From: a virus
Lineage: Duplodnaviria; Heunggongvirae; Uroviricota; Caudoviricetes
IMG/VR virus record: IMGVR_UViG_3300012983_000313
Location: 1 to 16,483 of that record
Length of the DNA: 16,483 nucleotides
Strand: one strand, 5' to 3'
The position numbers and the translations under genes are program-made. Shown piece after piece: positions 1 through 8,002 of this stretch. The notes under the pieces were generated by a model that was not told the origin of the DNA, did not search any database, and saw only the letters and a program-made list of their open reading frames with translations. Position 1 is the first letter of the stretch. Each line of letters opens with the position of its first letter.

Positions 1-750
1 CTCAAGAATCAGCGCGCCTCCCTTCTTCCTGGCGACATCACGTATATCGATCAGATTACTGGTCAGGATGGTTTCAGGCCTGCTTATCTGGTTAACCCTA
101 GTACAGCAGATCTGGTGGCAGACATTCAGGACACTCGCCAAATCATTAACAGCGCCTACTTTGTCGATCTGTTCATGATGTTGCAGAACATCAATACCCG
201 CTCGATGCCTGTTGAAGCAGTGATCGAAATGAAAGAAGAAAAACTTCTGATGTTGGGTCCGGTTCTGGAGCGTCTGAACGACGAATGTCTTAATCCTCTC
301 ATTGACCGCGCTTTCTCGATGATGGTGCGTAAAAACATGCTGCCGCCACCGCCTGACGCGATGGAGGGTATGCCCCTGAAGGTCGAATACATTTCCGTCA
401 TGGCTCAGGCGCAGAAGTCTATCGGCCTGTCCAGTCTGGCGTCTACGGTCAACTTCATTGGTCAACTTGCGCAAGCGAAACCAGAAGCTCTCGACAAACT
501 CAACGTTGATCAGGCGATCGATGCATTCGCTGATATGTCCGGAGTGTCTCCAACCGTCATTGTTCCGCAGGAACAGGTTGAGCAGGCTCGCCAGCAACGG
601 GCACAGCAGCAACAGCAGCAACAAATGATGGCGATGGGGATGGCGGCGGCACAGGGTGCCAAGACGCTAAGCGAAGCTAAAACTTCGGATCCGAGTGTTT
701 TGTCAGCTATGGCGAATGCAGTTAGTGGTCAGGGTGGGCAATCACAATGA
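1..750 (+). CDS. Portal (head-to-tail connector) protein, C-terminal part; gene begins upstream of the window
   Basis: Frame 1 is open from base 1 with no stop before the GTG at 115 used by the ORF track, so the CDS is 5'-truncated by the window edge. Stop TGA 748-750 overlaps the next ATG (ATGA). Sits immediately upstream of the scaffold and major capsid genes. C-terminal Gln/Ala/Met-rich low-complexity tail. Product assigned by synteny and composition only. Confidence 0.45.
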   Translation, partial: LKNQRASLLPGDITYIDQITGQDGFRPAYLVNPSTADLVADIQDTRQIINSAYFVDLFMMLQNINTRSMPVEAVIEMKEEKLLMLGPVLERLNDECLNPLIDRAFSMMVRKNMLPPPPDAMEGMPLKVEYISVMAQAQKSIGLSSLASTVNFIGQLAQAKPEALDKLNVDQAIDAFADMSGVSPTVIVPQEQVEQARQQRAQQQQQQQMMAMGMAAAQGAKTLSEAKTSDPSVLSAMANAVSGQGGQSQ

Positions 751-1043
751 CAGATTACGAAGACGATCAACTGAAAGAAGAAAACGCCCGTAAGCAACGT
801 GACATGGCGCAGCGTGAAATTGATGACATTCGCTTTGTCATGAGCAGTGAACAGGGGCGTCGCGTTGTCTGGTCTGTGCTGGAGAAAGGCCGGGTGTTTT
901 CCGCTATCTCTCCGATGGACGCTATGGCAATGGCATTTAATGAGGGGCAACGCAATCTGGCGCTGGAACTGTTTCAGCGCGTTATGGCGCATTGCCCTGA
1001 ACAGTATTTGAAGATGGCCAAAGAGGCCAGTGAACAGGAGTGA
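747..1043 (+). CDS. Small conserved head-module protein of unknown function (98 aa), between portal and scaffold
   Basis: ATG 747 overlaps the upstream stop (ATGA), indicating translational coupling. Charged, helical-looking protein. I have a vague recollection of a similarly placed small protein family in Bordetella phage BPP-1-like head modules, but cannot verify it. Confidence 0.5.
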   Translation: MTDYEDDQLKEENARKQRDMAQREIDDIRFVMSSEQGRRVVWSVLEKGRVFSAISPMDAMAMAFNEGQRNLALELFQRVMAHCPEQYLKMAKEASEQE

Positions 1044-1045
1044 TC

Positions 1046-1708
1046 ATGAATTTATTTGAGCGTTTGCTGTATCGCCGTCTTTGCAATGAGCAACCAGTCG
1101 ATGGTGGAGCAGCTCCGGCTGCGTCAGAACCGTCAGCGCCTGCAGGTGATAACCCTGCTCCAGTTGGTGATCCATCACAACAGGAAGGTGATAAGCCACA
1201 ACCTGTTGCTGATGGCGATAAGCAGGGTGAAAAAAAGGACGGCGATAAACCGGATGGTGCGCCGGAGAAGTACGAGTTTCAGGCTGCCGAAGGCGTAGAG
1301 CTGGATACAGAAGCGTTAAAGGAATTCGAGCCGGTGGCGCGAGAACTAAACCTGACCAACGAGCAAGCGCAAAAGCTGGTTGATGCTTATCCGAAGATTC
1401 TGGCAGGTGTTCAGCAGCGCCAGGCAGAAGCCTGGCAGAAAACAACCGAGCAGTGGGCTGCGGATGTAAAAGCTGACAAAGAAATCGGTGGCGACAAGTT
1501 GATTTCTAACCTTAGCGCCGCACAGCGTGCGCTTGACCAGTTCGGGACACCTGAACTCAAAGAATATCTGAACACCACCGGGCTGGGTAATCACCCTGAT
1601 CTGGTCAAAACGTTCGTGAAAATCGGAAAGGCGATGTCTGAAGATGGCATGGTCACCGGTGGTAATGAAGGCCAGCGTAGTGCGGCCGAAGTGCTCTATG
1701 GCAAATAA
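1046..1708 (+). CDS. Scaffolding protein (putative)
   Basis: ATG 1046 preceded by GGAG (1036-1039, 6 nt spacer); the ORF track's GTG at 1040 is less likely. Acidic Pro/Asp/Lys-rich N-terminal low-complexity region with GDK repeats, then a helical region. Located directly upstream of the major capsid gene, the canonical scaffold position. Confidence 0.55.
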   Translation: MNLFERLLYRRLCNEQPVDGGAAPAASEPSAPAGDNPAPVGDPSQQEGDKPQPVADGDKQGEKKDGDKPDGAPEKYEFQAAEGVELDTEALKEFEPVARELNLTNEQAQKLVDAYPKILAGVQQRQAEAWQKTTEQWAADVKADKEIGGDKLISNLSAAQRALDQFGTPELKEYLNTTGLGNHPDLVKTFVKIGKAMSEDGMVTGGNEGQRSAAEVLYGK

Positions 1709-1722
1709 GAGAGGAAATGACA

Positions 1723-2709
1723 ATGGCTGTTAAAGGCTTAACTGCGCTAACGCTGGCTGACTGGGGTAAGCGCGTCGATCCAAACGGGAAAGTCGATAAG
1801 ATTATCGAGCTTCTCGGTCAAACTAACCCGATCCTTCAGGATATGCCTTTTGTCGAAGGGAACCTTCCTACCGGACACCGAACCACCATTCGTTCTGGTT
1901 TACCTTCAGCTACCTGGCGTTTGCTGAACTATGGCGTACAGCCAAGTAAATCAACCACAGTGCAGGTAACCGATTCCGTTGGCATGCTGGAAACCTATGC
2001 TGAAGTCGATAAGTCACTGGCTGATCTTAACGGCAATACTGCCGAATTCCGCCTGTCTGAAGACCGCGCATTTATTGAAGCGATGAATCAGCAGATGGCG
2101 CAGACGCTGTTTTATGGTGATTCCAGCGTTAACCCTCAGCAGTTTATGGGACTGTCCTCCCGCTATTCCAGCCTGTCTGCGGGTAATGCTCAGAACATCA
2201 TTGATGCTGGTGGCACGGGTACAGATAACACCTCAATCTGGTTAGTGGTGTGGGGAGAAAACACCGTGCATGGCATCTTCCCGAAAGGGCAGAAGGCTGG
2301 CATCCAGATGGAAGATAAAGGCCAGGTGACACTGGAAGATGCTAATGGCGGCAAGTACGAAGGCTATCGCACCCATTACAAATGGGATAACGGACTTGCT
2401 CTGCGTGACTGGCGTTATGTTGTTCGCATTGCAAACATCGATGTCAGCAATCTTTCAGAACCTTCCTCTGCCGCAAATATTGCGAAGTTGATGGTTAAAG
2501 CACTGCATCGCATTCCAAACCGTGGCATGGGTCGCCCGGTGTTCTACATGAACCGCACTGTAGGCCAGGCTCTTGATCTGCAATCTCTGGAGAAAACATC
2601 TCTGGCGATCAGCGTAAAAGAGACAGAAGGCGAGTGGTGGACTTCATTCCGTGGTGTACCAATCCGTGAAACTGATGCGCTTCTGGAAACAGAAGCCCGC
2701 GTGGTGTAA
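1723..2709 (+). CDS. Major capsid protein (putative, about 328 aa)
   Basis: Largest head-region ORF directly after the scaffold. GAGGA (1710-1714) lies 8 nt before ATG 1723; ATG 1717 is also in frame but too close to the SD. Followed by a stem-loop at 2726-2745, as is common after highly expressed capsid genes. The sequence is not T7 gp10-like by eye; the size and context resemble the roughly 330-aa capsid proteins of BPP-1-type podoviruses (from memory). Confidence 0.65.
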   Translation: MAVKGLTALTLADWGKRVDPNGKVDKIIELLGQTNPILQDMPFVEGNLPTGHRTTIRSGLPSATWRLLNYGVQPSKSTTVQVTDSVGMLETYAEVDKSLADLNGNTAEFRLSEDRAFIEAMNQQMAQTLFYGDSSVNPQQFMGLSSRYSSLSAGNAQNIIDAGGTGTDNTSIWLVVWGENTVHGIFPKGQKAGIQMEDKGQVTLEDANGGKYEGYRTHYKWDNGLALRDWRYVVRIANIDVSNLSEPSSAANIAKLMVKALHRIPNRGMGRPVFYMNRTVGQALDLQSLEKTSLAISVKETEGEWWTSFRGVPIRETDALLETEARVV

Positions 2710-2725
2710 CGCCTGTTATTAACCT

Positions 2726-2745
2726 GTGGGTCGTAACAGACCCAC
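2726..2745 (+). promoter_or_regulatory. Stem-loop immediately downstream of the major capsid gene (possible attenuator or RNA-stability element)
   Basis: GTGGGTC-GTAACA-GACCCAC perfect 7-bp stem, 17 nt after the capsid stop. No U-tract follows, so it is unlikely to be a full terminator. Confidence 0.35.
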
Positions 2746-2760
2746 TAATGGAGAAAGAAG

Positions 2761-3198
2761 ATGATCACCGACAAACTGTTGATGTTCTCCGAAGCTCAGG
2801 CGGTTACGAATACCGCGGCTTCTACTGACGTAATCGATCTCGGTCCAATTGACGGAAAACATCGTGATATCGGCGTGGGTTACCCGCTTGAGTTTTGGGC
2901 GCTGGTTAACACAGCCGCCGCGGCAAGCGGTGATGCAACTGTAAACATCCAGTTGCAGACGAGTGAGAATAACAGCTCATGGACCACTATTTATGATAGT
3001 GGCGCACTGGCAAAGACCGCCCTGACAGCAGGTAAACGAGTTGTTTCTGCAAAGGTGCCTGCCGGTGTTCAGCGATATCTGCGTGTTAACTACTCCGTCG
3101 CAACTGGCCCACTAACGGCTGGCGAATTCACTGCTGGTATCAGTCTTGATGTTGATGCCAATACGCCGTATCCGATCCGCTCAAAAGTAACTGGTTAA
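2761..3198 (+). CDS. Hypothetical virion protein; possible capsid decoration/cement protein
   Basis: ATG 2761 preceded by GGAGAAAGAAG. 145 aa, Ala/Thr/Gly/Val-rich and beta-rich in composition. Lies immediately after the major capsid gene. Function inferred from position only. Confidence 0.4.
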   Translation: MITDKLLMFSEAQAVTNTAASTDVIDLGPIDGKHRDIGVGYPLEFWALVNTAAAASGDATVNIQLQTSENNSSWTTIYDSGALAKTALTAGKRVVSAKVPAGVQRYLRVNYSVATGPLTAGEFTAGISLDVDANTPYPIRSKVTG

Positions 3199-3208
3199 GG
3201 TGATATCG

Positions 3209-3544
3209 ATGTCAGGTGAGAAACCAAGATACCGCGTTCTGCGCCTCTCTCATATCCATAACACTCTGTGGCCGGAGGGGGCAGAAATCGAATACGAAGG
3301 TGAGCCTGGTAGCGCACTGGAACCTGTTAACGATGCAGCCAGACAGGCAAAAGCAAAAGTTGCAGGAAAGGTGTCAATGGCAGCAACCAGCACCAAAATC
3401 ATCAACGATGTGTCAGATGATGGTGAACTGGATAAGCTCCGTGAAGAGTACGAATTGCTCTTTAACGAGAAGCCACACCATAACGCCAAAGCCGAAACGC
3501 TCCGCGAGAAGATCGCAGATAAGCGTAAAGAACTGGGCGTGTAA
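3209..3544 (+). CDS. Hypothetical head/neck protein (111 aa)
   Basis: AGGTGA (3197-3202) lies 6 nt before ATG 3209; the ORF track's GTG at 3200 sits inside the SD. C-terminal half is strongly charged and helical (DELDKLREEYELLFNEK...). Followed by a terminator-like hairpin with a UUCG loop. Confidence 0.45.
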   Translation: MSGEKPRYRVLRLSHIHNTLWPEGAEIEYEGEPGSALEPVNDAARQAKAKVAGKVSMAATSTKIINDVSDDGELDKLREEYELLFNEKPHHNAKAETLREKIADKRKELGV

Positions 3545-3560
3545 GCCTCGCGAATCAGAC

Positions 3561-3584
3561 AAGGGGCTTCGGCCCCTTTATTGC
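3561..3584 (+). terminator. Terminator-like hairpin with UUCG tetraloop inside the late operon (probably partial/leaky)
   Basis: AAGGGGC-UUCG-GCCCCUU 7-bp stem followed by TATTG, 17 nt after the stop of the 111-aa gene. The next gene's SD follows directly, so read-through is expected. Confidence 0.4.
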
Positions 3585-3594
3585 AGGAGTGTAT

Positions 3595-3918
3595 ATGGAA
3601 CTCGTAAACCTCAAAACAGGCACTGACATCTACCAGGATGAGAGCGGAGAAACCAGAACTCGCGATGAATACCCGTGGGGGCTGTGCATCACGCTGAATA
3701 ACGACACATTGAATAAGCTGAAGGCGCAACCTCAGGGCGTCGGAACAGAAGTGATGATAACTGCAAAGGCTGTTATTCGAGGCCTGTCTGCCAGAGAAAC
3801 TGACGATGGTGTTAATCGCAGCGCCGATCTGCAGATCACTGATATGGCTATCGCTCCTGTTTCCGGTGATGTAGGAAAATCAGCGGCTGAAACTCTGTAC
3901 GGCAATGGGGGGGAGTAA
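3595..3918 (+). CDS. Hypothetical virion protein (107 aa) sharing a C-terminal SAAE[VT]LYG motif with the scaffold protein
   Basis: GGAG (3585-3588) lies 6 nt before ATG 3595. Stop TAA 3916-3918 overlaps the next ATG (TAATG). C-terminus ...GKSAAETLYGNGGE resembles the scaffold C-terminus ...QRSAAEVLYGK. Confidence 0.45.
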   Translation: MELVNLKTGTDIYQDESGETRTRDEYPWGLCITLNNDTLNKLKAQPQGVGTEVMITAKAVIRGLSARETDDGVNRSADLQITDMAIAPVSGDVGKSAAETLYGNGGE

Positions 3919-4523
3919 TGGCCTCTGTAGTAGAGATCTGCAATTGCGCGCTGTCCAATATTGGCAATAGCCGCAGCATTAACAGCCTGACGGAAGCCAG
4001 CAAGGAAGCGGGGGAATGTTCGCTGCACTTTGAGGCCTGCCGTGATGCTGTGCTTTCTGATTTTGACTGGAACTTTGCTACCAAACGCGTGGCGCTTGCA
4101 GATACGAGCAATCCACCGCCTGACTGGGAATATGCGTACCAGTACCCGTCCGATTGTCTGCGCATTACTGAAATTATGCTTCCTGGTGTACGCAATCCAG
4201 CAGCACCAATGCGCGTTCAGTACGAAGTTGGTGCAGACACCAACGGAACAGGAAAGTTGATCTACACAGACCAGCCTCAGGCATGGCTCAAGTATGTCTC
4301 TCGCGTTACAGATGTGAACATGTTTGATGCCATTTTTATGGAGGCGTTAGCCTGGCGTCTTGCGGCAGCTATTAACATGGCGCTGACTGGGAATGCAGAC
4401 CTCGGTACGTTTGCCCTCAATATGTACAATCGCGTGATTCTTAGTGCTGGCTCGCATAGCCAGAATGAATCACAGGAACCACAGCCACCGGTTGACGAGT
4501 TTACCATTGCGAGGTTGTCCTGA
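3918..4523 (+). CDS. Tail tubular protein A / adaptor (T7 gp11-like)
   Basis: 201 aa against 196 aa for T7 gp11. The N-terminal pattern (...ALSNIGNSRSINSLTE...FDWNF...) resembles T7 gp11 (...ILASIGEPPVSTLEG...RGWTFN...) as I recall it. Directly precedes a roughly 800-aa gp12-like gene with a TGATG overlap. Confidence 0.6.
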   Translation: MASVVEICNCALSNIGNSRSINSLTEASKEAGECSLHFEACRDAVLSDFDWNFATKRVALADTSNPPPDWEYAYQYPSDCLRITEIMLPGVRNPAAPMRVQYEVGADTNGTGKLIYTDQPQAWLKYVSRVTDVNMFDAIFMEALAWRLAAAINMALTGNADLGTFALNMYNRVILSAGSHSQNESQEPQPPVDEFTIARLS

Positions 4524-6988
4524 TGGCTATCAGTTGGATCCAGCCCAGCTTTGCCGGTGGTGAGATTGGACCGTCGTTGTACGGTCGTATCGACATGGCG
4601 AAGTACCAGGTGGCATTGCGCAAGTGCGATAACTTTATCGTGCGGCAGTATGGCGGCGTTGAGAATCGACCTGGTACGCGTTTTGTCGGTGCCGCCAAAT
4701 ACCCAAATCGGAAATGCCGCCTGATCCCGTTCCAGTTCTCGACGGTTCAGACTTATGCTCTGGAGTTCGGACACCAGTACATGCGCGTTATCAAAGATGG
4801 TGCGTTGGTGCTGAACAGCAGCAATGTTATTTATGAAATTGCCACGCCATATACTGAAGCCGATCTGTTCCGAATTAAATTCACGCAAAGCGCAGACGTG
4901 CTTACGCTGGTTCACCCGGCATACCCGCCGAAAGAGTTGCGCCGCTATGCGCATGACAACTGGCAACTGGTTGATGTGGTAACGAAGAACGGGCCATTTG
5001 AAGATATCAATATTGACGAGTCAGTGACGGTTTATGCCAGCGCCAGCACCGGGACAATTACGTTAACGGCAAGCGCCTCTATTTTTGGCGCGGAGCAGGT
5101 AGGCAAATTGTTCTATCTGGAACAGCCTGCAGTGGATTCTGTGCCGGTATGGGAAACCAGTAAGAGTACGTCGATTGGCGATATTCGCCGTGCAGACAGT
5201 AACTACTATCGCGCCGTTACAGCAGGCAAAACAGGTACTTTGCGCCCTTCGCATACAGAAGGCACATCATGGGATGGCTGGGGCGGATCCGGTGATGATG
5301 ATACTGGCATTGAGTGGGAATATCTGCACAGTGGTTTTGGCATTGCCCGTATCACTGCTGCAAATGGAACTACTGCAACTGCCGAGGTGATTTCCTATAT
5401 CCCTTCGCAGGTAGTTGGCGAGGATAATGCCAGCTATAAATGGGCTAAATATGCCTGGAACAGTGTTAATGGTTATCCTGGCACTGTTGTTTATTATCAA
5501 CAACGTCTTTACTTCGCCGCATCGACTGCGTTCCCTCAGACTATCTGGGCCAGCCGTACTGGGGATTATAAGGATTTTGGCAAAAGCAATCCTACGCAGG
5601 ATGATGACAGAATTATCTACACCTATGCCGGGCGTCAGGTTAATGAGATCCGTCACCTGATTGATGTTGGTTCGCTGGTGGCGCTGACTTCCGGAGGTGA
5701 GTACGTCATCACCGGCGACCAGAACAAAGTGTTAACCCCATCATCATTTGCATTCAGCTCTCAGGGATCAAATGGCTCAAGCAACGTCCCGCCAATTGCC
5801 GTGGCGAATATTGCTTTGTTCGTCCAGGAGAAAGGCAGCGTTGTCCGTGATCTGGCCTACTCATTCGATGTTGACGGCTATCAGGGGAACGACCTGACCA
5901 TCCTTGCCAATCATCTTTTTCAGAAGCACAGCATTGTTGACTGGTGCTTCTCGATTGTCCCTTACTCCAGCGCCTTCTGCATTCGTGATGACGGTAAATT
6001 ACTGGTGATGACCTATTTGCGTGATCAGCAGGTTTTTGCATGGGCACCACAATCCAGTACCGGAAAATATGAAAGCACATGCAGTATCAGCGAAGGCAAT
6101 GAAGATGCGGTGTATTTCGTCGTTAACCGAACCGTTAACGGGCAAACAGTGAGATACATCGAGCGACTGTCCAGCCGTTTATTTACCAGCGATGAAGATG
6201 CTTTCTTTGTTGATTCTGGCCTTAGCTATGATGGAAGAAATACGTCTGACAGAACGATGATCATCACTGGTGGTTCTGGCGAATGGGATTACCGCGCGGA
6301 ATATACAATCAGTGTTTCTGGTGGTGCGTACTTCACCAGTAGTGATGTCGGTGCTCAACTACAGTTCCCTTATACCGGAACTGATCCTGGCGATGAAGTG
6401 TCAAAAGAATTACGTTGCGACATCATTTCTGTAACCAGCAATACCGCTGTAGTGGTTCGTGCTAACAGGAACGTCCCGCCATCCCTCAGGAATGTGGCCA
6501 CCACGAACTGGCAGATGGCGCGCCGGACATTTGGCGGTTTGTCTCATCTTGAAGGTCAGACCGTAAACATCCTCTCTGATGCGAACGTGGAACCACAGAA
6601 AGTGGTTTCCGGAGGTGCCGTCACGCTGGAATCACCTGGGGCTGTAGTGCACATCGGCCTGCCAATAACTGCTGAATTCGAAACACTGGATATCAACATT
6701 AACGGACAGGAAACGCTGCTGGACAAAAAACAGGTGATCCCGTCCGTTACTCTGGTTGTGAATGCCAGTCGCGGCATCTTGGCTACTACGCCCGGCGGTA
6801 AATGGTACGAATATCCACAGCGTGAATTCGAGTTCTACGATGATCCTGTTGATGACGCTACCGGAAAAGTAGAAGTGAAACTGGACAGTAACTGGGGCAA
6901 AAACGGACGTGTAAGAATCCGTCAGCTTGACCCGTTGCCGCTGTCTGTTCTTGCCGTTATTCCTCGCCTTACTGTTGGGGGATTCTGA
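4523..6988 (+). CDS. Tail tubular protein B / nozzle (T7 gp12-like)
   Basis: 821 aa against 794 aa for T7 gp12. Sits in the gp11-gp12 synteny position. N-terminal GG-x-I...RPGT pattern is loosely like gp12. Start ATG 4523 overlaps the upstream stop; GAGG lies 8 nt upstream. Confidence 0.6.
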   Translation: MAISWIQPSFAGGEIGPSLYGRIDMAKYQVALRKCDNFIVRQYGGVENRPGTRFVGAAKYPNRKCRLIPFQFSTVQTYALEFGHQYMRVIKDGALVLNSSNVIYEIATPYTEADLFRIKFTQSADVLTLVHPAYPPKELRRYAHDNWQLVDVVTKNGPFEDINIDESVTVYASASTGTITLTASASIFGAEQVGKLFYLEQPAVDSVPVWETSKSTSIGDIRRADSNYYRAVTAGKTGTLRPSHTEGTSWDGWGGSGDDDTGIEWEYLHSGFGIARITAANGTTATAEVISYIPSQVVGEDNASYKWAKYAWNSVNGYPGTVVYYQQRLYFAASTAFPQTIWASRTGDYKDFGKSNPTQDDDRIIYTYAGRQVNEIRHLIDVGSLVALTSGGEYVITGDQNKVLTPSSFAFSSQGSNGSSNVPPIAVANIALFVQEKGSVVRDLAYSFDVDGYQGNDLTILANHLFQKHSIVDWCFSIVPYSSAFCIRDDGKLLVMTYLRDQQVFAWAPQSSTGKYESTCSISEGNEDAVYFVVNRTVNGQTVRYIERLSSRLFTSDEDAFFVDSGLSYDGRNTSDRTMIITGGSGEWDYRAEYTISVSGGAYFTSSDVGAQLQFPYTGTDPGDEVSKELRCDIISVTSNTAVVVRANRNVPPSLRNVATTNWQMARRTFGGLSHLEGQTVNILSDANVEPQKVVSGGAVTLESPGAVVHIGLPITAEFETLDININGQETLLDKKQVIPSVTLVVNASRGILATTPGGKWYEYPQREFEFYDDPVDDATGKVEVKLDSNWGKNGRVRIRQLDPLPLSVLAVIPRLTVGGF

Positions 6989-7458
6989 TGATCGATGTTC
7001 GAATTATTCCCGCTACCGAAGAGCATCTTCAGATGATTTTGCCGGATGTTCGTCAGGCTGATATTGACGAACTGTATGCGGTATCGCTGATGACTACCGA
7101 AGATGCGCTGCTTGTTGGTCTTCGCACTGCGACTATGGCCTGGTCAGGGTTCGCGAACGGAGAACTGGTAACCATGTTTGGTGTATCTCCGGCGTCAATG
7201 ATCGGTGGCAATGGTACGCCATGGCTGGTAGGAACCAGCCGTATTGAAAAATATCAGAAGACATTTCTTCGCCACTGCCGCCCTGTATTGCAGCAGATGC
7301 TGGCAGTTTATCCGCGTCTGGAAAACTACGTCGACGAGCGAAACCATGTTGCCAAAGCATGGCTCCACTGGCTTGGATTCAGGCTTGAAGAAGCCGCGCC
7401 TTATGGTGCTCTTGGTCTTAATTTCCACAGATTTCACATGGAGAGAAAAAATGTGTAA
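6988..7458 (+). CDS. Hypothetical protein in the gp13 (internal virion protein A) position
   Basis: 156 aa. ATG 6988 overlaps the gp12-like stop (TGATG); its stop TAA 7456-7458 overlaps the next ATG. Function inferred from synteny only. Confidence 0.5.
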   Translation: MIDVRIIPATEEHLQMILPDVRQADIDELYAVSLMTTEDALLVGLRTATMAWSGFANGELVTMFGVSPASMIGGNGTPWLVGTSRIEKYQKTFLRHCRPVLQQMLAVYPRLENYVDERNHVAKAWLHWLGFRLEEAAPYGALGLNFHRFHMERKNV

Positions 7459-7990
7459 CCCAGCCATAGCTTTGGTTGCCGTCACAGTGGCATCCACAGC
7501 CGCGTCAATGTACAGCCAGAGCAAGCAGGCAAAATACCAGTCAGCCATAGCTGATCGGAATGCTGAAATTGCTGAAGCTCAGGCACAGGATTCAATCAAT
7601 CGTGGGAATATTGAAGCGGATCAGCGTCGTCGTGAAATGCGTCAACGCTCAGGCACTATGGCGGCCACTATGGGGGCTACCGGTGCGGAATTAAGTAGCG
7701 GAACAGCTCTTGACGTTTTTGCGGATAATGCTCAGTTCGGCACTCTTGATGCGTTAACGACAGTGAATAATGCTCAGCGTGAGGCATATGGGTATCAGGT
7801 ACAGGGAATGAATGCTCAGGCACAGGGGGCTGCTGCTCAGTCGGCTGCTAAATCATCGATGACCAGCACTTTGTTAACGGCACCACTAAAAGCATACGGT
7901 GCATACCAGATGGGCGGCGGAACGTGGAGCCCGTTCTCTCAGAAGGCTGCGCCGATTTCTGCTGCTGTTGGCACTCCAACCGGTCGATAA
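7451..7990 (+). CDS. Internal virion protein B (T7 gp14-like), 179 aa
   Basis: GGAGAG (7439-7444) lies 6 nt before ATG 7451. Begins MC + hydrophobic helix + Q/A-rich region and ends ...KAAPISAAVGTPTGR, closely mirroring T7 gp14 (MCWAAAIPIA......KAPIVAAKGTKTGR) as recalled. The ORF track's 248-aa version starting at 7244 is an artefact of upstream in-frame readthrough into the previous gene. Confidence 0.6.
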   Translation: MCNPAIALVAVTVASTAASMYSQSKQAKYQSAIADRNAEIAEAQAQDSINRGNIEADQRRREMRQRSGTMAATMGATGAELSSGTALDVFADNAQFGTLDALTTVNNAQREAYGYQVQGMNAQAQGAAAQSAAKSSMTSTLLTAPLKAYGAYQMGGGTWSPFSQKAAPISAAVGTPTGR

Positions 7991-8002
7991 GGGGATAATA
8001 AG

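Noticed and set aside
1229-1237. A7 run (GAAAAAAAGG) inside the scaffold gene as a possible programmed frameshift or slippage site
   Set aside because: Shifting frame here only reaches an alternative-frame stop at 1298 and would give a truncated product with no obvious purpose. There is no downstream stimulatory structure. Treated as a chance homopolymer in a Lys-rich segment.
3216-3626. 136-aa alternative-frame plus ORF overlapping the 111-aa gene; also 1056..1298, 11063..11539, 11675..12055, 7899..8195
   Set aside because: Out-of-frame overlaps of better-supported genes with odd composition and no independent translation signals.
4277-4966. 229-aa minus-strand ORF; likewise 12013..12528, 13346..13807, 8192..8674, 9146..9490 and 9757..10089 on the minus strand
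   Set aside because: All lie entirely antisense within long, coupled, protein-like plus-strand genes. They have no SD and no terminator context and their translations are Arg/Cys/Ser-rich low-complexity, typical of spurious antisense ORFs in GC-balanced coding DNA.
6988-7458. Impression that the 156-aa gp13-position protein has a GNAT acetyltransferase-like C-terminal pattern (AKAWLHWLGFRLEE)
   Set aside because: Based on a single short motif resemblance. No acetyl-CoA-binding signature could be identified by eye. Left as a hypothetical virion protein.
7244-7990. 248-aa ORF-track version of the gp14-like gene
   Set aside because: The first 69 codons overlap the preceding 156-aa gene in another frame. 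A good SD (GGAGAG) and the ATGTGTAA stop/start overlap support the internal start at 7451.
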